The notes under the pieces are model-generated. The model was not told the origin of the DNA. It did no database searches and was given only the letters and a program-made list of their open reading frames with translations. Shown one piece after another: positions 52,666 through 61,788 of a stretch of 64,000 bases of DNA. How positions within the stretch are numbered: position 1 is the first letter of the stretch; each line of letters begins with the position of its first letter. A program made the translations under genes and the position numbers. Source of the stretch: a virus. The stretch spans positions 66,093-130,092 of the IMG/VR virus record IMGVR_UViG_3300030333_002570. One strand, written 5' to 3'.

Positions 52666-53589
52666 ATGGATTACAAAACTTCAGGAGTTGATATAGAAGC
52701 AGGTAATGCTTTTGTAGAAAGACTCAAAGAGAAAGCACCTGCTATAGGTGGATTTGGTGGTGCTTTTAGAATTCCTACTGGATATGAAAAACCAGTATTA
52801 ATTTCTGGTGCTGATGGTGTAGGTACTAAAATTAATATAGCACAAGTATTTGGTGACTGGACAACTATTGGTATAGATCTAGTTGCAATGTGTGTTAATG
52901 ATGTTATCTGTAGTGGTGCTGAACCATTATACTTTTTAGATTATATTTCTACTAAGAAGTTGGATGGTAGGGAAGATAAGATAATGGAAGGTATTATCAA
53001 GGGATGTGAGATAGCAGGTGTAGAACTTATTGGTGGAGAGACTGCTGAACATGGTCGTTTCGCTAAAGATATTGATCTTGCAGGATTTTGTACAGGTATA
53101 GTAGAAGAGAATGAAGTTATAGATGGTAGATTAATTAAAGAAGGTGATGTTGTAATTGGTATAGAAAGTAGTGGACTTCATAGTAATGGATTTAGTCTTA
53201 TTAATGATATGCTATGGAGGCATAAAATTTATTATAAAGAAACACCAGAATTAATTACTCCAACTAGAATTTATGCAGATGCAGTTAAACGTTTGTTAGA
53301 TGAAATACCTATTCTTGGTATGGCACATATTACTGGTGGTGGTCTTTTAGAAAATTTACAACGATGTATACCAAAAGGATTGTCACCACATATTGATTGG
53401 AATTCTTGGCCAAGACCAGAAATCTTTACTAAGGTTAAGAATTGTGGCGAAATACTTGAAGAAGATATGAGAACCACATTCAATATGGGTATTGGATATT
53501 GTATAGTGGTACCACCAGAAGTGGTTAAGGATGCTTTGATAATGATTCATCACCCTTGCCAAGTGATAGGACATATATGCAAGAAGTAG
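52666..53589 (+). CDS. purM: Phosphoribosylaminoimidazole (AIR) synthetase
   Basis: Motifs YKTSGVDIEAGN, DGVGTK, GIDLVAMCVND, LIGGETAEH, SSGLHSNGFSL, MAHITGGGL and TFNMGIG. Confidence 0.95.
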   Translation: MDYKTSGVDIEAGNAFVERLKEKAPAIGGFGGAFRIPTGYEKPVLISGADGVGTKINIAQVFGDWTTIGIDLVAMCVNDVICSGAEPLYFLDYISTKKLDGREDKIMEGIIKGCEIAGVELIGGETAEHGRFAKDIDLAGFCTGIVEENEVIDGRLIKEGDVVIGIESSGLHSNGFSLINDMLWRHKIYYKETPELITPTRIYADAVKRLLDEIPILGMAHITGGGLLENLQRCIPKGLSPHIDWNSWPRPEIFTKVKNCGEILEEDMRTTFNMGIGYCIVVPPEVVKDALIMIHHPCQVIGHICKK

Positions 53590-53735
53590 TCTGGTCAATA
53601 AATATAATGTGTGCTATACTGTTAATAGCAGTAGCTATTTCGATCTACTGGATCTTTAAATACGATGATTGGTATCCTAATCCCATTACTACTTCTGATT
53701 CCGACTCCTCTGAGAGCAGAGGATCAGATCATTAA
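53577..53735 (+). CDS. 52-aa single-pass membrane protein (absent from the ORF track)
   Basis: MQEVVWSINIMCAILLIAVAISIYWIFKYDDWYPNP...*. Start overlaps the purM end, AGGA SD, one hydrophobic helix. Confidence 0.65.
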   Translation: MQEVVWSINIMCAILLIAVAISIYWIFKYDDWYPNPITTSDSDSSESRGSDH

Positions 53736-53934
53736 TCCTATCTACGGTCCAGAGATAGAGATGAAGGATCCTATCTTAGATTGGAGTGTTACAGACATGC
53801 ATGAATTACTTGATGCATTGAAAGATTATGAAGCGGCTAAAAATAGAACACCTATTGATGACATGCTAAATAAAGCTTTACTAGAGTATAACAATGGGAG
53901 CGATGACACCGCCGAGCAGGAAGAGCTGCTATAA
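53665..53934 (+). CDS. Hypothetical protein, start uncertain (53665 or 53761)
   Basis: The long form overlaps the preceding micro-ORF by 71 nt and has a signal-like N-terminus. The short form starts after GAGATAGAG. Confidence 0.55.
   Translation: MIGILIPLLLLIPTPLRAEDQIINPIYGPEIEMKDPILDWSVTDMHELLDALKDYEAAKNRTPIDDMLNKALLEYNNGSDDTAEQEELL
53866..53872 (+). promoter_or_regulatory. Late-promoter variant CTAAATA upstream of the nuclease
   Basis: 21 nt before the ATG at 53894, inside the previous ORF. Confidence 0.4.
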
Positions 53935-54358
53935 TTTTAGAGTTACGAGTATAGATAAGGTATTAGATGGCGATACTATTGACGTTACTATTGACCTCGG
54001 CTTTGATTTATACAAGAAAGAAAGAGTTAGAATTGCAGGAGTTGATACGCCAGAGAAAAGAACAAGAGACTTGGAAGAGAAGGCACTAGGAATCGATGCA
54101 ACAAACTGGCTCAAAGAAAAATTGGAAAGCACTCTGGCTGGCGATGATGAGCTCACTATTCGCACTGAGCTTCATGGTGGTGTCGGCAAGTACGGTCGGC
54201 TTCTGGGTTGGCTTTACGTTGGGGAGGAACCAATCTCACTTAATGAACAAATGATAAAGGAGGGTTATGCTTGGGAATATGATGGTGGCACTAAACAAAA
54301 AAACTTTGAAGAGCTACGTGAAATTAGGAGAACGTTTGGGACTTTGGACCAGTCTTGA
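53894..54358 (+). CDS. Thermonuclease (SNase-like) family nuclease
   Basis: VLDGDTI, RIAGVDTPE and GKYGRLLG carry the staphylococcal-nuclease catalytic residues. Confidence 0.88.
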   Translation: MGAMTPPSRKSCYNFRVTSIDKVLDGDTIDVTIDLGFDLYKKERVRIAGVDTPEKRTRDLEEKALGIDATNWLKEKLESTLAGDDELTIRTELHGGVGKYGRLLGWLYVGEEPISLNEQMIKEGYAWEYDGGTKQKNFEELREIRRTFGTLDQS

Positions 54359-54422
54359 TCAAAAAACACTAGATACTAAAGGAATAGTTGTTAATAGATT
54401 GATTATAGAATTTAAAAAATGA
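54267..54422 (+). CDS. Candidate 51-aa overlapping ORF in the +1 frame of the nuclease, coupled to gp17
   Basis: AAGGAGG directly upstream of the ATG. The TGA overlaps the gp17 ATG (ATGA). Confidence 0.4.
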   Translation: MLGNMMVALNKKTLKSYVKLGERLGLWTSLDQKTLDTKGIVVNRLIIEFKK

Positions 54423-56071
54423 GTAAATCACAAGAGATATACTTAGGTAATCCCAATCTTAAGAAAGCAAACGTTACTCAGGACTTTACTAAGAAACAAG
54501 TTTCTGAGTATTTAAAGTGTGCTAAAGATCCTGTGTACTTTATAAGAAAGTATATCAAGATCGTATCTCTTGATGAAGGTGTCATACCATTTAAAATGTA
54601 TGATTTCCAAGAGGGGATGGTTGAGAAGTTTCATAAACATAGATTCAATATAGCGAAGCTTCCTCGTCAGTCTGGTAAATCTACAATTGTTACAGCATAT
54701 CTATTATGGTATGTTCTTTTTAATGCTAATGTAAATGTCGCAATCCTCGCAAACAAAGCACCCACTGCAAGAGAAATGTTGGGCCGCCTACAACTTTCTT
54801 ATGAGAATCTCCCTAGATGGTTGCAACAAGGTATTCTCGGTTGGAACAAAGGGTCACTCGAATTGGAGAACGGAAGTAAAATCCTCGCTTCTTCTACTTC
54901 TGCTAGTGCTGTACGCGGTATGTCCTTTAACATTATATTTCTGGACGAATTCGCGTTTGTTCCGAATCATATTGCTGAACAGTTTTTTGCTAGTGTCTAT
55001 CCTACTATATCTTCTGGTAAATCAACAAAAGTTATTATCATATCTACACCACATGGTATGAATCAGTTTTATAAACTGTGGCATGATGCGGAAAGAGGAT
55101 CAAATAACTATGTTGCAACAGAAGTCCATTGGTCTCAGGTACCTGGTAGAGATGCTAAATGGAAACAACAAACTATTGAGAATACATCTGAAGCACAGTT
55201 TAGAGTTGAGTTTGAATGTGAGTTTTTAGGATCTGTTGATACTCTTATATCACCTAGTAAATTGAGGATCATGCCCTATGAAGATCCGTTTAAAGAAAAT
55301 AGAGGTTTAGCACTTTATGAACAAGTCATTAAAGACCACAATTATATACTTACAGTTGACGTATCTCGTGGCATTGGCGGTGATGCTTCAGCATTTTGCG
55401 TCATAGATACAACCACGTTACCATATAAAATGGTAGCAAGATATAAGAACAACCAGATTAAACCAATCGTTTTACCGAATATAATAGTTGAGGTAGCTAA
55501 GAATTATAATAATGCATATATCCTTTGTGAGGTAAATGATATTGGTGGACAGGTAGCAGATATTATTCAGTTTGATTTAGAATATGAGAATCTTCTTATG
55601 GCAGCAATGCGGGGAAGAGCAGGGCAACAATTAGGACAGGGATTCTCAGGTAAGAAAACACAGTTAGGTGTGAAGATGAGTTCAACTGTTAAGCAAGTTG
55701 GATGTTCTAATCTTAAAGCATTAATTGAAGATGATAAGTTGCTTATCCCAGACTATGACACCATATCAGAACTAACTACCTTTATTCAAAAGGGACAATC
55801 ATTCCAAGCAGAAGATGGATGTCATGATGATCTTGCTATGTGTTTAGTTATTTTTGCATGGATGGCTATGCAAGAATACTTTAAAGAAATGCATGATAAT
55901 GATGTACGAGCAAGAATATATGCAGACCAAAGAGATTCTATTGAACAGGACATGGCTCCATTTGGTTTTATTAGTGACGGACTAGAAGAAGATGTTATTG
56001 TAGATGCTCAAGGAGAGCGATGGGAACTCGCGGAATATGGAGATGTTCAGCACATGTTAGACTTTAGGTGA
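54419..56071 (+). CDS. gp17: Terminase large subunit gp17
   Basis: Walker A-like PRQSGKST, Walker B IIFLDEFAF, and nuclease motifs VDVSRG and HDDL. Confidence 0.96.
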   Translation: MSKSQEIYLGNPNLKKANVTQDFTKKQVSEYLKCAKDPVYFIRKYIKIVSLDEGVIPFKMYDFQEGMVEKFHKHRFNIAKLPRQSGKSTIVTAYLLWYVLFNANVNVAILANKAPTAREMLGRLQLSYENLPRWLQQGILGWNKGSLELENGSKILASSTSASAVRGMSFNIIFLDEFAFVPNHIAEQFFASVYPTISSGKSTKVIIISTPHGMNQFYKLWHDAERGSNNYVATEVHWSQVPGRDAKWKQQTIENTSEAQFRVEFECEFLGSVDTLISPSKLRIMPYEDPFKENRGLALYEQVIKDHNYILTVDVSRGIGGDASAFCVIDTTTLPYKMVARYKNNQIKPIVLPNIIVEVAKNYNNAYILCEVNDIGGQVADIIQFDLEYENLLMAAMRGRAGQQLGQGFSGKKTQLGVKMSSTVKQVGCSNLKALIEDDKLLIPDYDTISELTTFIQKGQSFQAEDGCHDDLAMCLVIFAWMAMQEYFKEMHDNDVRARIYADQRDSIEQDMAPFGFISDGLEEDVIVDAQGERWELAEYGDVQHMLDFR

Positions 56072-56082
56072 CGTTTCAAAAA

Positions 56083-56090
56083 TATAAATA
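56083..56090 (+). promoter_or_regulatory. Late promoter TATAAATA upstream of gp18
   Basis: Exact T4 consensus, intergenic. AGGAG SD before the ATG at 56136. Confidence 0.85.
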
Positions 56091-56135
56091 ATCTTAGACA
56101 ACCGATAACGGCATTTTATCTAGGAGTATATAAAC

Positions 56136-58385
56136 ATGGCAGCCAATCAATCATCGCCAGGTGTAGTCGTACAGGAAAGAGATCTGACAACCGTCTCAAC
56201 TGTATCTTCTGCAAACGTAGGCGTACTTGCAGCACCTTTTGAATCTGGACCCGTTGAAGAGATCGTAGAGATATCTTCTGAGCGTGCATTGGCAGAGAGA
56301 TTTGGTGAACCAAATGATGCAAACTATGAATACTGGTTTACAGCATCTCAATTCCTCGCATACGGTGGTCTTCTAAAAACTATTCGTGTTAACTCTTCAA
56401 CTCTTAAGAACGCAGTTGACACTGGAACTGCTCCATTAATTAAGAATTTCCAAGACTACGAAACAACTTACGAGCCAGCAAACAACTCTTGGACATGGGC
56501 TGCTAAGACTGCTGGAACAAAAGGTAATTCAATAGGTATATTTGTAACTGATTCTGGTGCTGATCATATTGCAATTCTTCCAGCTCCTAGTTCAGGTAAC
56601 GAATGGGAGTATGTTGCTAATGCTGCTTTAACTGCTGCATCTGGTGCTGCTGGTAAAGTTTACAAGTATTCACTTCTTCTTGATATTGATACCATCGTTG
56701 GTTCATTTACTCCTGGTGTTGCTACTACAATTAATATCGGTGGTTCACAAGAAAGTGTTAATGTTCTTGCATACGATGCAACTAATAAGAAATTAGAAAT
56801 TGATCTTCCTAGTGGTGGTGTTACTGGTATTATTGCCAATGACCAAGCAATCACACAAGGAACAAACACTGCTGCTGTTAATACAACAATCGAGCGTCGT
56901 CTTTATATTGTTAAGGATAAAGGAAGTATCGACTTTGCTACTAGTGATGTTCTTGCAGACACAAACTCCAACAACGCAACTGTTTCTTCCGTTCGCACTG
57001 AGTATGCAGAGCGTGAGTATCTTCCTGGTGTTAAGTGGATTAACGTTGCTCCCCGTCCAGAAACTTCACAGTATACAGATCAAGTAGGTGGACATCGTGA
57101 CGAACTACACATTCTTGTAGTTGATATCGATGGTAAGATCACTGGTACAACTGGTGCTTTACTTGAGCGTTACATTGGTCTTTCTAAAGCATCTAATGCT
57201 AAGACTTCTGTTGGAGAAACAAACTACTACGTTGATGTTCTGAAGCAACGTTCACAGTATATCTACTGGGGTGAGCACGAGGGAACTACTTTCGCTGCTA
57301 CTGCTACTGCTGCTGATGGTATTTGGGGACAAACTGCTGATGCAAGACAGTTTAACTTACTACAGAGTTCTACAGGTACTGTTGATTTCCCTGCTGGCGT
57401 AACAACTGTTGCTACTAAAAAGAATGCAACTTACTACTACCGTTTAGCTGGTGGTGCAGACTACGCAGTTTCTGGTGGACAGTATAGTGTATCAAACACA
57501 GATGTCACAGGTGCATATCAACTAGTTGAAGATCCTGAGTCACAAACAATCGATTTCCTATTAACTGGTCCTTCTGGAACAGATGATCCTAGTGCAATTG
57601 CTAAGATTACTGGTCTAGTTAATATCGCTGAAGAGCGTCGTGACTGCATGGTATTTGTTTCACCTCGTCGTGCTAACGTTGTTGGTCAAACTAATACAAC
57701 TACAATCACAACAAGTATTGTTGACTTCATGAAGCAACTACCAAGTTCTTCTTACTTGGTCTTTGATTCTGGTTACAAGTATATCTACGACAAGTATAGT
57801 GACGTATATCGTTACATTCCTTGTAACGGTGACATGGCTGGTTTATGCTTACAGACAACTGAAGTTTCTGAAGCATGGTTCTCACCTGCAGGATTCCAAC
57901 GTGGTGTTCTAAGAAATGCTATTAAACTAGCATATACACCAACTAAGACTCAGCGTGATAACTTATACGCAAATAGAGTTAACCCAATCGTAGCATTCCC
58001 TGGTCAGGGTGTGGTACTATTCGGTGATAAGACTGCTCTTGGATTTGCAAGTGCATTCGATAGAATTAACATTCGTCGCTTGTTCCTTGTTATCGAAAGA
58101 GTTATTCAAAGTGCTGCTAAGTCACAACTCTTTGAACAGAATGATGAGTCACAAAGATCACTCTTTGTTAATATCATCGAACCTTATCTAAGGGATGTTC
58201 AAGGACGTAGAGGTATTACTGACTTCATTGTTAAATGTGATAGCACAAACAACACTCCTGAAGCAGTTGACCGTGGAGAATTCTATGCTGAGATCTTCAT
58301 CAAGCCAACACGCACAATTAATTACATCACTCTAACCTTCGTTGCAACCAGAACTGGTGTTGCATTTACTGAGGTTGCTAACTAA
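56136..58385 (+). CDS. gp18: Tail sheath protein gp18
   Basis: Motifs SPGVVVQERDLT, WFSPAGFQRG, FDRINIRRLF and FIKPTRTINYITLTFVATRTG. Confidence 0.96.
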   Translation: MAANQSSPGVVVQERDLTTVSTVSSANVGVLAAPFESGPVEEIVEISSERALAERFGEPNDANYEYWFTASQFLAYGGLLKTIRVNSSTLKNAVDTGTAPLIKNFQDYETTYEPANNSWTWAAKTAGTKGNSIGIFVTDSGADHIAILPAPSSGNEWEYVANAALTAASGAAGKVYKYSLLLDIDTIVGSFTPGVATTINIGGSQESVNVLAYDATNKKLEIDLPSGGVTGIIANDQAITQGTNTAAVNTTIERRLYIVKDKGSIDFATSDVLADTNSNNATVSSVRTEYAEREYLPGVKWINVAPRPETSQYTDQVGGHRDELHILVVDIDGKITGTTGALLERYIGLSKASNAKTSVGETNYYVDVLKQRSQYIYWGEHEGTTFAATATAADGIWGQTADARQFNLLQSSTGTVDFPAGVTTVATKKNATYYYRLAGGADYAVSGGQYSVSNTDVTGAYQLVEDPESQTIDFLLTGPSGTDDPSAIAKITGLVNIAEERRDCMVFVSPRRANVVGQTNTTTITTSIVDFMKQLPSSSYLVFDSGYKYIYDKYSDVYRYIPCNGDMAGLCLQTTEVSEAWFSPAGFQRGVLRNAIKLAYTPTKTQRDNLYANRVNPIVAFPGQGVVLFGDKTALGFASAFDRINIRRLFLVIERVIQSAAKSQLFEQNDESQRSLFVNIIEPYLRDVQGRRGITDFIVKCDSTNNTPEAVDRGEFYAEIFIKPTRTINYITLTFVATRTGVAFTEVAN

Positions 58386-58409
58386 ATAGTCACGAGTTCG
58401 AGATGGATC

Positions 58410-58437
58410 AGAGACCCGCAAGGGTCTCTTTTTTTTG
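58410..58437 (+). terminator. Intrinsic terminator after gp18
   Basis: AGAGACCC-GCAA-GGGTCTCT followed by a T tract. Confidence 0.9.
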
Positions 58438-58456
58438 CGTGAAAATATTAATACTT

Positions 58457-58463
58457 CTAAATA
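58457..58463 (+). promoter_or_regulatory. Late-promoter variant CTAAATA upstream of gp19
   Basis: Lies between the terminator and the gp19 SD (AAGGAG), where a promoter is needed. Confidence 0.7.
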
Positions 58464-58499
58464 TAATGGAAAGGAGTACTTCTAGTTTTTTATACTATC

Positions 58500-59078
58500 A
58501 TGGCAGAAAGAGGAACAATTGATGCTTTTAAGAGTAATGTCGCTGCGGATTTTGCTCGTCCCAATCTATTCCAAGTAGATTTAGCATTCCCGACAGAACT
58601 TAACGCAGCAGCTGATTTAACAAGACTTGGTAAATTCACAGTTAGAGCAGCAAATTTACCCTCATCACAGTTAGGTGTTATTGAGGTTCCCTTTAGAGGA
58701 AGAACATTAAAAATTGCTGGTGACAGAACGTTTGAACCTTGGACAATTACAGTAATGAATGACAGTGCATTTAGACTTCGCACAGTGTTTGAGAAATGGA
58801 CTGCTTCCATTCAGGCATATAACGAGAACTTTACTGCAGCTGCAGGTCTAGGTGATGACGATGATTCTACTGGTTACTTTGCTGATATGAAAGTACATCA
58901 ACTTTCACGCGGAGTAAAGTCTGGTGATTCACCACAAATTACTAAGAGTTATAAGTTCTTTAACTGTTTCCCAAGTAATATTGCTGCAATCGATCTTGAC
59001 TTCGGTAATAACGACGCAGTTGAAGAGTTTACTGTAGAGCTACAGACACAATACTGGACTCCAATAGCGTCTGACTAA
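58500..59078 (+). CDS. gp19: Tail tube protein gp19
   Basis: Motifs ARPNLFQV, VPFRGRTLKIAGDRTFEPWTITVMND and EEFTVELQ. Confidence 0.96.
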   Translation: MAERGTIDAFKSNVAADFARPNLFQVDLAFPTELNAAADLTRLGKFTVRAANLPSSQLGVIEVPFRGRTLKIAGDRTFEPWTITVMNDSAFRLRTVFEKWTASIQAYNENFTAAAGLGDDDDSTGYFADMKVHQLSRGVKSGDSPQITKSYKFFNCFPSNIAAIDLDFGNNDAVEEFTVELQTQYWTPIASD

Positions 59079-59083
59079 CCCTA

Positions 59084-59090
59084 CTAAATA
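59084..59090 (+). promoter_or_regulatory. Late-promoter variant CTAAATA upstream of gp20
   Basis: Intergenic, 27 nt before the ATG at 59118. Confidence 0.7.
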
Positions 59091-59117
59091 GATCAGGACT
59101 AGTTATTTTATAACATA

Positions 59118-60734
59118 ATGGCACAACAGCTCTTCGGATTTTCATTACAAAGAGCGAAGAAGGTTCCCAAGGGGCCTTCTTTTGTTCAAAAAGATAGCCT
59201 AGATGGATCACAACCTATCGTAGGTGGTGGTTACTATGGTTATTCTGTTGACTTTGATGGACAAATCCGAAATGAATATGAATTAATCACCCGATATAGG
59301 GAGATGGTTTTACAACCAGAATGTGATAGTGCAGTTGATGATGTGGTCAATGAAACTATTTGTGGTAACTTTGATGATGTACCAGTAGCAGTTGAATTAT
59401 CTAACCTTAAGGTATCATCAAAAGTAAAAAATTTAATTAGAGAAGAGTTTGATGAAATTCTTCGTCTTCTTGATTTTGAGAACAGATCATATGAAATCTT
59501 CCGTCGATGGTATGTTGATGGGAGACTTTTTTATCATAAAGTAATTGACCCAGATAAACCTAGAACTGGTTTAATTGAATTACGATACGTTGATCCACGT
59601 AAGATCCGTAAAGTTACTGAGTATGAATCAAAGAGTCCTGAGTTAATGAGAGGAGTAGATCTTAATACTGCTCTTAGTAGAAAGAGTGCAGATTACTTCT
59701 TATACAATCCAAAAGGATTAAAGAACTCAACTAATCAGGGTATGAAAATTGCACCTGATTCAATAACTTATGTTCATAGTGGTATCCAAGACCTTAATAA
59801 AAATATGGTCTTATCACATATGCATAAGGCAATTAAGGCAGTCAATCAGCTAAGAATGATTGAAGACTCTCTGGTAATCTACAGATTATCAAGAGCACCA
59901 GAAAGAAGAATTTTCTATATTGATGTAGGTAACCTTCCTAAGAATAAAGCGGAGCAATACCTACGTGAAGTAATGGGTCGTTACAGGAACAAACTTGTAT
60001 ACGATGCAAATACAGGAGAAATTAAAGATGACAAGAAGTTCATGTCGATGCTTGAGGACTTCTGGTTACCAAGAAGGGAAGGCGGTAGAGGAACTGAAAT
60101 CTCTACGCTCCCAGGTGGACAAAATCTTGGAGAACTTGAGGATGTCAAGTACTTCCAGAAGAAATTATACAAAGCATTAAACGTTCCTAACTCAAGATTA
60201 GAAACTGAAACGACCTTTAACATAGGACGTGCAGCTGAAATTACACGAGATGAGGTTAAATTCCAGAAGTTTGTCGCACGTTTACGCAAACGTTTTGGCG
60301 AATTGTTTATTGATCTCCTGAAAACTCAATTAGTTTTAAAGGGTATTCTTACTCTTGAAGATTGGGAAGAGATGAAGGAGCATATTCAATTTGATTATAT
60401 TGCTGATAACTACTTCACTGAACTTAAGGATATTGAAATCCGTAACGAACGGATGAATGAAGTTAATCAGATGGATCCTTATGTTGGTAAGTACTTCTCG
60501 ATTGATCATATTCGTCGTCATGTTCTAAAACAAACTGATGTTGAGATTAAAGAGATCGACAAACAGATTGAACAAGAAATGGCAGATGGATTGATAGCAG
60601 ATCCTGCGGAAGCTGCTATGGCTGAGATGGGTATGGATCCCATGAATGGTGGAGCAGCTCCTGCAAATGGAGCAGCTGCCCCTGCTGCAGAAGGGATTGT
60701 TTCCCCCGCAGATCAACGCAGAGGGGAATTTTGA
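59118..60734 (+). CDS. gp20: Portal vertex protein gp20
   Basis: Motifs FRRWYVDGRLFYHK, NQLRMIEDSLVIYRLSRAPERRIFYIDVGNLPK and EDFWLPRREGGRGTEISTLPGG. Confidence 0.97.
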   Translation: MAQQLFGFSLQRAKKVPKGPSFVQKDSLDGSQPIVGGGYYGYSVDFDGQIRNEYELITRYREMVLQPECDSAVDDVVNETICGNFDDVPVAVELSNLKVSSKVKNLIREEFDEILRLLDFENRSYEIFRRWYVDGRLFYHKVIDPDKPRTGLIELRYVDPRKIRKVTEYESKSPELMRGVDLNTALSRKSADYFLYNPKGLKNSTNQGMKIAPDSITYVHSGIQDLNKNMVLSHMHKAIKAVNQLRMIEDSLVIYRLSRAPERRIFYIDVGNLPKNKAEQYLREVMGRYRNKLVYDANTGEIKDDKKFMSMLEDFWLPRREGGRGTEISTLPGGQNLGELEDVKYFQKKLYKALNVPNSRLETETTFNIGRAAEITRDEVKFQKFVARLRKRFGELFIDLLKTQLVLKGILTLEDWEEMKEHIQFDYIADNYFTELKDIEIRNERMNEVNQMDPYVGKYFSIDHIRRHVLKQTDVEIKEIDKQIEQEMADGLIADPAEAAMAEMGMDPMNGGAAPANGAAAPAAEGIVSPADQRRGEF

Positions 60735-60744
60735 TAAATAAATA
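60734..60744 (+). promoter_or_regulatory. Tandem late promoter motif ATAAATAAATA
   Basis: Directly at the gp20 stop, upstream of the gp67-like gene and gp21. Confidence 0.65.
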
Positions 60745-60761
60745 TTAAAGTGGGAATTATT

Positions 60762-61112
60762 ATGCCTAGTGAAATTGCAAATAAAATTATAGATCATATT
60801 TTTAGCGACGAAAAAGCGAAAGCAATCGACGCTACTAATGATGCTTTAAGTGCAGCATCATACGATGCTATTCAACATAAGAAAGTAGAATTTGCAAAAC
60901 AGTGGGGGTTTAATCCAGATGAAACTGGACAAGCTGCTGCTGATGAAATTGCGGATACTATGCCTGATGGTACTGAAGCACCTGAACTTGCACCTACTGC
61001 TACTGAAATTGCTCAACAAGAGCAAGAACCAGAAGTGGAACAACCTGAAGCAAGTGCTGAACCCACCGAAGAACAACCTATAGAGGAACCTGAAGATGAG
61101 ACTGATAGCTGA
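60762..61112 (+). CDS. Prohead core protein, gp67-like
   Basis: Position between gp20 and gp21. A helical N-terminal half and an acidic tail resemble T4 gp67. ATG at 60762 is preferred over GTG at 60750. Confidence 0.65.
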   Translation: MPSEIANKIIDHIFSDEKAKAIDATNDALSAASYDAIQHKKVEFAKQWGFNPDETGQAAADEIADTMPDGTEAPELAPTATEIAQQEQEPEVEQPEASAEPTEEQPIEEPEDETDS

Positions 61113-61740
61113 AGAAATAACTCAAGTAAAATTTTTAACTGAGGAAAATGAAGGCAAGAAGAATCACTATATCGAAGGTGTTTTTCTGCAGGCTGAAATA
61201 GAGAATAAGAATGGACGTAAATATCCATTCAAAACTCTTCAGCGTGAGGTTGCTAAATATGATGAGTCTAGTATACGTAAAGGTCGTGCTTTAGGTGAAC
61301 TAGGTCATCCTGATGGACCTTCCATTAATTTGGATCGTGTCTCTCATAAAATAGAATCTTTAAAAGAAGATGGTAATAATTTCATAGGACGTGCAAAGAT
61401 ACTTGATACACCTATGGGTAATATTGCAAAATCTCTTCTTGATGAAGGTGTGAGTCTAGGAGTTTCTTCTAGAGGAATGGGTTCTCTTAAGAAAGAATCT
61501 AATTGTAATATCGTGCAAGATGATTTTATGCTTGCAACTGCTGCTGATATCGTAGCAGATCCTTCTGCCCCAGACGCTTTTGTGGATGGAATTATGGAAG
61601 GAAAGGAGTGGGTTTGGGATAATGGAATCTTAAAAGAGTCTGCAGTAGCGGAAATTAAGCAGGAAATTGATCAAGCAACACTCATAAACATACAAGAACG
61701 TAAGGTATCCGCGTTTAAAACGTTTTTAAGAAGTTTGTAA
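61096..61740 (+). CDS. gp21: Prohead protease gp21
   Basis: Motifs YIEGVFLQAE, ALGELGHP, INLDRVSH, LGVSSRGMGSL and ADPSAPDAFV. Confidence 0.96.
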   Translation: MRLIAEEITQVKFLTEENEGKKNHYIEGVFLQAEIENKNGRKYPFKTLQREVAKYDESSIRKGRALGELGHPDGPSINLDRVSHKIESLKEDGNNFIGRAKILDTPMGNIAKSLLDEGVSLGVSSRGMGSLKKESNCNIVQDDFMLATAADIVADPSAPDAFVDGIMEGKEWVWDNGILKESAVAEIKQEIDQATLINIQERKVSAFKTFLRSL

Positions 61741-61742
61741 TT

Positions 61743-61754
61743 TATAAATAAATA
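61743..61754 (+). promoter_or_regulatory. Late promoter TATAAATA(AATA) upstream of gp22
   Basis: Exact consensus, intergenic. GGAG SD before the ATG at 61789. Confidence 0.85.
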
Positions 61755-61788
61755 CAGACAACGCCAAAGTATAACGGAGTTTAATAAA

